Shown: piece by piece, positions 1 through 8,073 of the stretch | Layout of the letters: the number at the start of each line of letters is the position of its first letter | Numbering within the stretch: the first letter of the stretch is position 1 | Virus record (IMG/VR): IMGVR_UViG_3300010048_000026 | Location: 1-34,889 of that record | Origin: a virus | Taxonomy: Duplodnaviria; Caudoviricetes | Length of the DNA stretch: 34,889 nucleotides | Direction: 5' to 3' (one strand) | The notes under the pieces: generated by a model | What the model was told of the DNA's origin: nothing | The model's database searches: none | Seen by the model: only the letters and a program-made list of their open reading frames with translations | Program-made: the position numbers and the translations under genes

Positions 1-538
1 TGAACGTGGTGCCGGGCGCAGCACCCCCGGCTACTACGTTTACCGCGACTGTCCCTAGCAGGGTCGCAACGGTAGACACCACCGACAGGGTCTGGGTCGG
101 GGCGAGCCAGACTTCAGCGCCGGTAACCGCCGCCTGCGTCGTAGTCGCTACCGCCGTCGTAGCGACTGACACCGCCACGATCATAGTTTGTGACGCGACG
201 AGAATGACGGGAATGCCGGTGACGCCACTGGCTTGCGTGGTGGTAGCGACGATGCCGTCTAGCTGGGCGACGGATATCGATCCGGTCACAGCCACGCTGC
301 CGGATACGTTAACGGTGCCGATAATGCCGCCGGACGCGCCCCCTACCCATACCGGAAGGCCCGCCACAGCGGTCGTAGGCGCGGTCGTTACTGCGGGGAT
401 AAAGGCAGTGCCGCCCGGAGTACCGTCTAGGAGCTTGACCTGCTGAACGAAGGCAGACGTGCCTGAAATAACGACGCTGTCAGCCGCAATCGGAGCGCCG
501 GTCGTAAGGAGGGTTACATTTACCGGCTGTTCAGCCAT
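1..538 (-). CDS. Thr/Val/Ala-rich putative tail fibre or virion structural protein, runs off the window edge
   Basis: Not in the ORF track. ATG at 538, no stop seen down to base 1. Translates MAEQPVNVTLLTTGAPIAADSVVISGTSAFVQQVKLLDG... with repeats AVTTAPTTAVAGLPVW / VATTTQASGVTGIPVI / VATTTQAAVTGAEVW. Same strand as the structural operon. Confidence 0.7.
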   Translation of the reverse strand, partial: MAEQPVNVTLLTTGAPIAADSVVISGTSAFVQQVKLLDGTPGGTAFIPAVTTAPTTAVAGLPVWVGGASGGIIGTVNVSGSVAVTGSISVAQLDGIVATTTQASGVTGIPVILVASQTMIVAVSVATTAVATTTQAAVTGAEVWLAPTQTLSVVSTVATLLGTVAVNVVAGGAAPGTTF

Positions 539-547
539 CGCCTAGCC

Positions 548-724
548 TTACCGGCGACCGGACCGCCTGCCCTTACGCCGACCAGAGCGTTTCAGAACAC
601 CACTAGCTGCCCGTATGGCCGCCGCTGGCGACGCGCCGCGCGCTTCCATACTAGCCCGGACATGCTCCCACTGCCTGCGCTTTTTCGGCGTATTTGCTTT
701 TCTTGTGTGCTTTTCGGCAGGCAC
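548..724 (-). CDS. small basic protein with an Arg-rich C-terminus, loosely ChaB-like, probably DNA-binding
   Basis: GTG at 724 overlaps the upstream TAG (TAGTG). MPAEKHTRKANTPKKRRQWEHVRASMEARGASPAAAIRAASGVLKRSGRRKGRRSGRR. Confidence 0.6.
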   Translation of the reverse strand: MPAEKHTRKANTPKKRRQWEHVRASMEARGASPAAAIRAASGVLKRSGRRKGRRSGRR

Positions 725-1008
725 TATAGCCTCCGGACAATGACCGAAGCCGCAAGGACGAACGCAGCGTACATCCCCAGACCTACTAATTGCAAAATGG
801 ACGGGGACGGCAAAACCGACCACCACAAGACAAACGCCGACCCCGTGGCCAGCAGCACGAACATGCTCTGAAGGGCGACCACGACCCTTTTGGACAGCGC
901 ACCCAGCCCGAGCATCAGGGCCTGCATGCCCACCGTTTCAAGCCGGTCAGACCTCGCTTGTGGGGGCGGTGTCGGCTCGTCTTCGATGATGCGGAACGGT
1001 TCTGCCAT
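724..1008 (-). CDS. two-TM membrane protein, holin-like candidate
   Basis: SD GAGGGG upstream. Hydrophobic segments (VVVALQSMFVLLATGSAFVLWW; ILQLVGLGMYAAFVLAASVIV) and a basic RR end. Confidence 0.5.
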   Translation of the reverse strand: MAEPFRIIEDEPTPPPQARSDRLETVGMQALMLGLGALSKRVVVALQSMFVLLATGSAFVLWWSVLPSPSILQLVGLGMYAAFVLAASVIVRRL

Positions 1009-1225
1009 TGGTCCCCTCTATCTGCCGCAGGGCGTCCTGCATGCTGCCGATGCTGGGCTTGTCATCGGGCGCGTCAGGTACGTGCACTCGCTGTTTCTTC
1101 AATACGGTATAGAACGGGGCCAGCACCCGCAGCGCTTCCACCTGATCCCTTAATTTCTTGGCCTTGACCGCGCTTTCGGCGACTGTCAGGGCCAGTTGCT
1201 CGATGGCTGCCGCCGTCTGTTTCAT
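947..1225 (-). CDS. hypothetical phage protein
   Basis: ATGA coupling to the upstream gene; helical N-terminus. Confidence 0.55.
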   Translation of the reverse strand: MKQTAAAIEQLALTVAESAVKAKKLRDQVEALRVLAPFYTVLKKQRVHVPDAPDDKPSIGSMQDALRQIEGTNGRTVPHHRRRADTAPTSEV

Positions 1226-3264
1226 TCTGGGACTTCCAGTTCTGCCCCTGCCGCCGCGCCAGCGGCCACAGGCGCGTAAACGTCGTGTATTTGCCTGCCT
1301 ACGGCAGCCTGCGGAGTAGGCGGCAATACTGCTGCGGGCTTAATCAACAGCCGAGCAACAGCATTCTCCGGAGAGGTTTCGGAGAATAAAATCTTGGCGA
1401 GCATCTGATCCATAGCCTCGCTTGATCCCAGCCCGGTTTGTCGCCAAAGTTTGTATCCATCAGTTACTGCGGAAAGCCAGTGCCACGATGAAAACGGGCT
1501 ATGCACCAAGCCCTTTGCCGTATGGTACATCGCCCCGAGCTTTAACTGAGCTTCCTGCTGGTCTGCCGCCGCACGCTCGATGCTCTGCGATCCCCGTACT
1601 AACTCGTTCTTGGTGCGTGCCATAGTGTTCTCGTCCAAAACGGACTGAACGAAGTTGTCAAAATCACTCTGCGTTTTGAAATAAGGCCGCATCAACTGAC
1701 GCGACCAGTCGTTTTTGACAATGGCAAGGCTTTCGTCAGAGTTCAGTCCGGCCTTAGCGAGTTTTTCCCGTAGGGTGTCGGCTAGACCAATGCGCGCAAA
1801 CTCCTTGTCATTTTCCGTCATGCCGCCGATACGCTTGCCGTCCGGGCCAATCCTGCCGTTCAGAAAGAAATCGTTTTCTTCAGGAGTGCGCTCAAAAGCA
1901 GTTTTCCCGTTCTTTACTGCGTCAAGACTGGCGGAATACCCGGACCAGATTTCCCGTGCCTTTTTATAAACTTCGGATGTGTCAAGCGCGTCCAATTCCT
2001 CAACATATTTATTGCGAACCTTAGATAGCTCACGCCCTAGCTCCGTCAGCCTACCCGTCGTCTGGTTCTTGCCCTCCGGGCTTTCAATGATTGCGTCCAG
2101 TCCCTTCTTGCCCATATCGAGAACGCGCATATTGGGCTTCCGTAAAAACTGGATTTCTCCGTTAGCATCCAGATCGACACCTATCGTTGTTGGATCAAAC
2201 GGTTTGTTTTCGGACAACGCAGCCAAACGCTCAAGCACATACCCTCTTGCCAAGCCGCGCTTAACGTACGGCTCATTCAGAAACTGCTCTAGCCGGGGCG
2301 ACCAGATGTTTTGCAGCGCATCTGTCTGTTCATAGAACGGACGGGAAGCTGCGGTACGGGCATCCTGTAGCCCCTCAACCGTCTTAAACGCTGTGCTGCC
2401 ACTAGAAACATATCGATTGATGTCCTGCGCAATGCGCTGCCGGGCCAGTACATCACGATTTGCCAAGAAAGCGCGCACTTGTTCCCAAGCCCCCGGACGG
2501 CGCGACAGGTGCCCGCCCAGCGACCGCAATCGATGCTGATCTTGAATGTCAATCAACGCCATCGGCTTGCCGCGAGCGTTAGCCGCGTTAGTGATATCCA
2601 GCATATCTTGCGCGGACGGCGCTCCGTACGGGCGCGCTTTGTTGATGCGATCCAGAACAAGGGCGATAGCTCTGCTCTGGAGCAAAGCCGGGTTATCCCG
2701 TGCAAGCCAATCGCCCAGCGCACTCAGCCCGGCAGACGCGACCTTGCCGCCAACCGAGAAGCCAAACCCCATGCCTACGCCGACACCGACTTGCTCTGCC
2801 TTGCGCTCCACATAATCAGGCCCCAAGGGCGCGGGCTGAACTGCGCCACCAGCAGCACCAGAAAGAACGGACTTCCACATCGGGCTTTTGGCAAACTGTT
2901 CTGCCATCGGCCCGGCCCGTTCAAGCGCTTTCATCCCCTTGAGAACGCCACCGGCAGCCGCCGCACCCGGTATGAGACTACCGGCGACACGCGCGCCGGT
3001 CAGTTCTTCAGGTTCTTTTTCCGGGACCTTGCCGCCCCTGACCACACCTTCTCCACCGGCCTGTTCAGTCTTGGCCCCGATCCCAAGCTGGCGTGCGCCC
3101 CAGCGCATAATATCCGGGTCGGCCGCCATCCCCCGCAAGAACTCCATTCCGGAGCCTTGCACCTGACCAACTACATCCTTCGCTGTCTCTGTAGAAGCAG
3201 GGGTTTTCTCTTCGGAAATGCCCTTAAGAAAGACAACGGGGTCAAAATCCTCTTCCGCCATCAC
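1222..3264 (-). CDS. internal virion / DNA ejection protein (third of three)
   Basis: 680 aa, helical, with Ala/Gly hydrophobic stretches. Position matches the podovirus ejection-protein trio. Confidence 0.6.
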   Translation of the reverse strand: MMAEEDFDPVVFLKGISEEKTPASTETAKDVVGQVQGSGMEFLRGMAADPDIMRWGARQLGIGAKTEQAGGEGVVRGGKVPEKEPEELTGARVAGSLIPGAAAAGGVLKGMKALERAGPMAEQFAKSPMWKSVLSGAAGGAVQPAPLGPDYVERKAEQVGVGVGMGFGFSVGGKVASAGLSALGDWLARDNPALLQSRAIALVLDRINKARPYGAPSAQDMLDITNAANARGKPMALIDIQDQHRLRSLGGHLSRRPGAWEQVRAFLANRDVLARQRIAQDINRYVSSGSTAFKTVEGLQDARTAASRPFYEQTDALQNIWSPRLEQFLNEPYVKRGLARGYVLERLAALSENKPFDPTTIGVDLDANGEIQFLRKPNMRVLDMGKKGLDAIIESPEGKNQTTGRLTELGRELSKVRNKYVEELDALDTSEVYKKAREIWSGYSASLDAVKNGKTAFERTPEENDFFLNGRIGPDGKRIGGMTENDKEFARIGLADTLREKLAKAGLNSDESLAIVKNDWSRQLMRPYFKTQSDFDNFVQSVLDENTMARTKNELVRGSQSIERAAADQQEAQLKLGAMYHTAKGLVHSPFSSWHWLSAVTDGYKLWRQTGLGSSEAMDQMLAKILFSETSPENAVARLLIKPAAVLPPTPQAAVGRQIHDVYAPVAAGAAAGAELEVPE

Positions 3265-5528
3265 TGCACCCCCTCAAGAGCTTTCTTAATCTCTTGCCTT
3301 ACCTCTTCCGCATGCGGATCATTAGGGTGCGTAGCCAGCCAGATGGCCGCTTTTTGATACTTTTCCGGCAACCATGTTGGCGCAGTAACGGCAGGGATTT
3401 CTTCCTTACCGGGCATCTGATCAACCAGATGCGCGATCTGGAAGGCCAGCTTATTCCTTTCCTCCGTAATACTCTGTTTTCGCCGCTCCGCGTCGCCTCT
3501 GAAAAGATTAACGGTCTTCTCAATCTGGTTAACCGACCAATCCGAACCAGCGTAAGTCTTGCTTTCCTCCATGGCATGGACAGTAAGCTGCCCGTTGAGA
3601 TTTGGACTGGTCACGATCTTGGCAATTTCGTTGCGCCAAGTGATTACTTGCGCGTTGAAAGCAGTAACGTCGTCGTCGCCTTTGCCGCCCTTCAACCATC
3701 GTCGCCACCGCTCGATGGCGGGCACGCCCGTCTTGTCGACCTTGCCAGCCAACTGAAGCAACACGGCGCTGTTCAATTCCGCGTTGCGGCTGAACGCTTC
3801 AACCGCCGCGTCCTGAACTTCAAAACCTGCCAGCGCCTTCGCTAACCCCTTACTGATTGCCCACCGGGCCTGCATCGTTCCTGCATCGCCACCGGCTTTT
3901 TGCTCCAGATAGGCAGCATGATTGCGAAGACCGGCCTTATACTGCGCGCCGCCAAGCCCCAATGACGGCATCACTCCGGTCTGCCGGAATGTATTTGCAT
4001 CAAAATCCCAACTGTTTTGTGATGTCCCCGGCGGGGGCTTGGTGTCGCCATCCGCCGTCAACTCAAGACCGCCAGCCGATTTCTGTTTCTGCTCCGCTAT
4101 CGCCCTAGCCAGTGCATCAGGGTGGCTTATTGGCTCGCCCTTGTCAGCCGCCTCCTGTTCAATAGCAGCGGTCCTTTCTAATATAGCCGCCGTCTGCGCT
4201 CGTTTAAGCGGATCACCACGGGAGGATGTCTTGGTGTCTTCCAGTTCTTTGCGCGCAAGATTGTATGCTTGTCCTTCAGTAATCGGCTCGCCTCTCTCTG
4301 CGGCAGCTTGCATCAATTCCCCAGCGCGCTTGGTGACATTGGCGGCATCCGTTGCCGATAGTCCCGCTGCCCTCCCCGCCGCCTTAGCTTCGTAAATCGG
4401 CCGCACTGCATCGGCCAGCGCTTTGGATTTTTCTTCGTTAGACTTCAACGGGAAATCCGGCGACGTAAGAACCGCATTAACCGCCGCCTCTTCCGCGTTT
4501 GTCGGCGCGGTCATTGCGCGTTTGGCAAAGCCCATTACTTCAGCAATACGCTCCGGATGGTTGAAGTATTCCGGGCGTATCTTGCCACTCTCATCTTGGA
4601 TAGTGTGCATGACGATCTGACGCTGCACTTCATTCTCTTCAATGGCATCCCGCGCTTGAGCAATCTGCTTTGCCGCTTCCGCCTGCCCCTTCCTTGCTTC
4701 ATCCAACTCCGGGAACATGCCCATATGCAGCAACATTAGCTTGCGCTGGTCGTTAAACCTCGCCAAAGCAACTGCCGTCTCCACCTTCCAATCTTCAAAA
4801 TTATCTGCGCGTAATTTATCGATGTCGTTGAAAACGTCTTGCTCCATCTTATGGCGATCCAACAACAGCTTGGTATTTTCTTTCCAAGCATCAAACGCCG
4901 TGTTGTAGGCGTCCATATCGCCTTGATTGATGGCATTCATCGCCGCCGCTCCGCCATTAAGAGCGGACACCATCGGGTAGGCAGTGAACGAACTCGCCAG
5001 CATCGAAAAGATGAAACCGGGCGAACCAAATTGCTCCCATAAATCATGCTTAGTCGCAGCCAATGCTTGCTGCGCATTCCATGGTTTAAGATCGTTTACA
5101 CTGAAAGCTTCAGCCTTGGTTAATTGCTCCTGCTGAGACCGGTAGCGTTGCTCACGGTCGCGGTACTGCTGTTCCAGCAGCTTGTCTGCACCGATCTTGA
5201 TGTCTAAAGCGCCAGCCTCACCTTTGGCCAGATCGGAATAATTGTAAGTCTTGCCGGTAAAAACATCGGTGAAGACGCCCGGTTTATCCAGCGAAGCCAC
5301 AACACTGGACGGCGATGCCGTATCCGGTTCCGTATCTGGCACGGCAGGTTGGGTGCCATACGTTCCGCCCGGAATGTCCGGCACGTCCGGTTCTAGTGCA
5401 GCGACAATACTGGGGACCGGAGTAGGGTCTGGCTTATAGGGCGAGGTCGCTTCAGGCGAGGCGTCATCGCCAGAGATTGGCGGCGGCGGCGGATCGACCT
5501 TTCTGACATCGCCAACTTCAAGGGCCAT
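3261..5528 (-). CDS. internal virion / DNA ejection protein (second of three)
   Basis: 755 aa, Pro-rich N-terminus, coiled-coil/helical body, short internal repeat (AAERGEPITEGQA / AADKGEPISHPDA). Position in the trio. Confidence 0.6.
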   Translation of the reverse strand: MALEVGDVRKVDPPPPPISGDDASPEATSPYKPDPTPVPSIVAALEPDVPDIPGGTYGTQPAVPDTEPDTASPSSVVASLDKPGVFTDVFTGKTYNYSDLAKGEAGALDIKIGADKLLEQQYRDREQRYRSQQEQLTKAEAFSVNDLKPWNAQQALAATKHDLWEQFGSPGFIFSMLASSFTAYPMVSALNGGAAAMNAINQGDMDAYNTAFDAWKENTKLLLDRHKMEQDVFNDIDKLRADNFEDWKVETAVALARFNDQRKLMLLHMGMFPELDEARKGQAEAAKQIAQARDAIEENEVQRQIVMHTIQDESGKIRPEYFNHPERIAEVMGFAKRAMTAPTNAEEAAVNAVLTSPDFPLKSNEEKSKALADAVRPIYEAKAAGRAAGLSATDAANVTKRAGELMQAAAERGEPITEGQAYNLARKELEDTKTSSRGDPLKRAQTAAILERTAAIEQEAADKGEPISHPDALARAIAEQKQKSAGGLELTADGDTKPPPGTSQNSWDFDANTFRQTGVMPSLGLGGAQYKAGLRNHAAYLEQKAGGDAGTMQARWAISKGLAKALAGFEVQDAAVEAFSRNAELNSAVLLQLAGKVDKTGVPAIERWRRWLKGGKGDDDVTAFNAQVITWRNEIAKIVTSPNLNGQLTVHAMEESKTYAGSDWSVNQIEKTVNLFRGDAERRKQSITEERNKLAFQIAHLVDQMPGKEEIPAVTAPTWLPEKYQKAAIWLATHPNDPHAEEVRQEIKKALEGVQ

Positions 5529-5531
5529 TGG

Positions 5532-6905
5532 TTACACCTGCAATGGCCCAGCGCCGCCCGTCAGATTGATATTGAGGTTCTGTCCCCCACTGCCCAGACC
5601 GGCAACCCTCATCGATCCGCCACTCATGGCAGATGCAAAGTTGGCAATCGCATTGCCTTCCATCTGCTGTAACTGCATATCGAGTTGTTGCATGATGATC
5701 GGCAACCTTGCCGCGATCTGGGTCGCGTTCACTCCCTGAGACAACATGGTATTCGCCGTATCAACTATTTGCTGACCAATCTGCTCGCGCAACGCCAGCA
5801 TCTGGTTGTCCACGGCGTTAAGGTCCGCCGTTAGCGCGCTGTTCTGGGTAGGATCGGTGTTCTGATTGCGCGCGCCGTAGCCTTGAATGATCCGCGCTCG
5901 TTGCGCATTGCGAAAGTTGTCCAACAGCGCCTGCATCGGAGCGGGCACCGTGCCTCCCGTCATCAACGCCTCTCCGGTCTCCAGCATCGGCTGCGCCGCC
6001 GCCAACGATGCGCGTCCCGCACCAGCAATGGCGTTCTGGTAATCCTGCTCTTGCTTCTGAAGCGCCTTCTGCGCCTGTTGACTTTGATAGCCTTGGAACA
6101 AGCTGTAACCCAGCCCGGCAGCCCCCAGCCATGGGGCGGCGGATTTGATCCCCGACCCTATAGAACCGAAAGTGCTGCCCAGAGTATCCATAACCCCCGG
6201 TGTCGGCGCGCCTGCGGCAGCCGCAGCGGGAGAGCCAACCCCGCCAAACGCAATAGGCGGCGCTCCCATGCCGGGATCAAATGCAGTGGGCGCAGGTCCG
6301 AAGATACTGCCCGCCGCCGGGGCTGTCGCACCACCAGTCGCAACGCCGCCCGGCGTACCGGCGGCGAAGCTACCGCCGCTGAAGTCGCCCGTCAGTGTGC
6401 TGGCGACAGTGGGGCCGCTCTCGCCGCCCGCACCCGCAACAGTCTGGAACAAAGCGGGGTTCAAATCCGGCGCAACGCCAGCAATATCAGGCGGCAGTGC
6501 CGCCGTGGCCGATGCAACATCAGTGGCGGCCGTCCCACCACCAGAAGCCACGAGGTCCGCCGGTAATCCGGCGAACGGACCAGCTTCTGCACCTAGAACG
6601 CCTGCGGTGGTATCTACCCCAGCGCCCAAGCCTGCCTCTGCCGCGCCCCCCATCGTCGTCAAATCCACCGCGCCAGCACCAGCTTCGGCCGCTGCCAAGC
6701 CTCCCTCTGCCGCTCCTGCACCCGCCAGCATTTCCGGCAGGGCCGCGCCTGCGGTCAGAAGGACCGGTAACGCCATCTCCAAACCCTTTGCCCACATAGG
6801 TTGGTTCTGAAACGACGATATCGTGTCCTTGAAGATATTCTGCGGGGCAAGGTCCTCGCCAAGATTGCCGAAGTTCCCGTGGATTAGATCGCTCAAAAAT
6901 GACAT
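5532..6905 (-). CDS. DNA ejection/pilot protein (P22 gp7-like position)
   Basis: 457 aa, Gly/Ala-rich with hydrophobic segments followed by a Gln-rich coiled coil. Confidence 0.6.
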   Translation of the reverse strand: MSFLSDLIHGNFGNLGEDLAPQNIFKDTISSFQNQPMWAKGLEMALPVLLTAGAALPEMLAGAGAAEGGLAAAEAGAGAVDLTTMGGAAEAGLGAGVDTTAGVLGAEAGPFAGLPADLVASGGGTAATDVASATAALPPDIAGVAPDLNPALFQTVAGAGGESGPTVASTLTGDFSGGSFAAGTPGGVATGGATAPAAGSIFGPAPTAFDPGMGAPPIAFGGVGSPAAAAAGAPTPGVMDTLGSTFGSIGSGIKSAAPWLGAAGLGYSLFQGYQSQQAQKALQKQEQDYQNAIAGAGRASLAAAQPMLETGEALMTGGTVPAPMQALLDNFRNAQRARIIQGYGARNQNTDPTQNSALTADLNAVDNQMLALREQIGQQIVDTANTMLSQGVNATQIAARLPIIMQQLDMQLQQMEGNAIANFASAMSGGSMRVAGLGSGGQNLNINLTGGAGPLQV

Positions 6906-7246
6906 CAGCCAACTCCTAGCGCGGCAGATATCCTTACATGTTCGTCCCCGTTAAGACGCAGCCACATAGCAAGTTCGTTCGGGTCCTGAAGGTCCAAACT
7001 TAGCAGATTAAAGCCCTGCGTCCCAAGCACAGCATTAACCTGATCGTGCATCACCTGATGGTTGTATAGCCACATGCCCAGATCGTTGGGATCGACAGGG
7101 TCAAGCACAAACCGGTCGATCTGAACGCCCTTTTGCGACTGTATCTGCGCCACCCAATCGTAATGGTTGGCGGCGTGGTTAAACCCCCACGTTGACCATT
7201 CGTCTGCACTCTCCGGGTGGGCGTATATGTACGGAAGGGACATCAC
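6905..7246 (-). CDS. hypothetical protein with three W-x3-H/N-x3-H repeats
   Basis: WGFNHAANH, WLYNHQVMH, WLRLNGDEH. Overlaps both neighbours. Confidence 0.75.
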   Translation of the reverse strand: MMSLPYIYAHPESADEWSTWGFNHAANHYDWVAQIQSQKGVQIDRFVLDPVDPNDLGMWLYNHQVMHDQVNAVLGTQGFNLLSLDLQDPNELAMWLRLNGDEHVRISAALGVG

Positions 7247-8070
7247 ACAGCAAATCCCAAATCGGTTATCCGCATCGTGAGGGTAGTCGCCGCTATGGTG
7301 ACGGGCGCGGATGTAAAGGCGTTGATCACGATGGTTCCGGAAGCGGACACATACGGAGAATAGTTCACAACAGACGGACCGGCGGTCCCGAAACCAAGGA
7401 AAATGTTGTCCAGCGTCGATACCCCGGCGAAAGTCACCGACGATGTAACAAGCGTATTCGGTGTGATCTGAGCGAACGACACCGCCGAAATCTGCGAATT
7501 AAACCGGGTGATGAAATTGCCGCCGCCCAGTTGCAGCGAAGTGCCCACTCCCCGGACAAATGTGATGCTGGCAACACTGAGGTTGGCAATGCTGGCAAGC
7601 GACGAAACGTTGACCAACGACGCCGTAACCGTCCCTGCCGTCACGTTACCGAAGATCGGGCTTCCGCCAGCGGAGCTAAATGCCGCCGACAGCAGGTGGA
7701 AGCCGCCCGCATTGCCGTTAAGCGCCTGATCGTAGAACAGCGTGAACAACGTCCCGGCAACAATCTCACCACCGGTCATTACCGTAGGGCCGCCAACGAG
7801 GTCCTTATAGACCGGGAAACTGCCGGTAAATCCCGTGACACTGACGGTCACGGCCCCGGTGTTGCTGTTGGCGGCAATTGCGGAGAACTGCGTTCCGAAG
7901 GTAAACACCCCCAGCCCGGTCGCGCCGGACACGGGCACCATGGTCAACGTGTTGGTCCCGGTAACGGTGCAGTCGAACGGCGCACGAACGGTCAGAATGC
8001 CAAAGTTGGCATCCAGCATGTCTGGCGTAGCAGGCCCAGTACCCAGCGCCGCAAATGTTGTCCAAGCCAT
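7243..8070 (-). CDS. tail-associated structural protein (needle or short-fibre-like)
   Basis: 275 aa, Thr/Gly/Ser-rich and beta-rich. N-terminal 'LDANF' coil. Follows the nozzle gene. Confidence 0.55.
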   Translation of the reverse strand: MAWTTFAALGTGPATPDMLDANFGILTVRAPFDCTVTGTNTLTMVPVSGATGLGVFTFGTQFSAIAANSNTGAVTVSVTGFTGSFPVYKDLVGGPTVMTGGEIVAGTLFTLFYDQALNGNAGGFHLLSAAFSSAGGSPIFGNVTAGTVTASLVNVSSLASIANLSVASITFVRGVGTSLQLGGGNFITRFNSQISAVSFAQITPNTLVTSSVTFAGVSTLDNIFLGFGTAGPSVVNYSPYVSASGTIVINAFTSAPVTIAATTLTMRITDLGFAV

Positions 8071-8073
8071 AAC

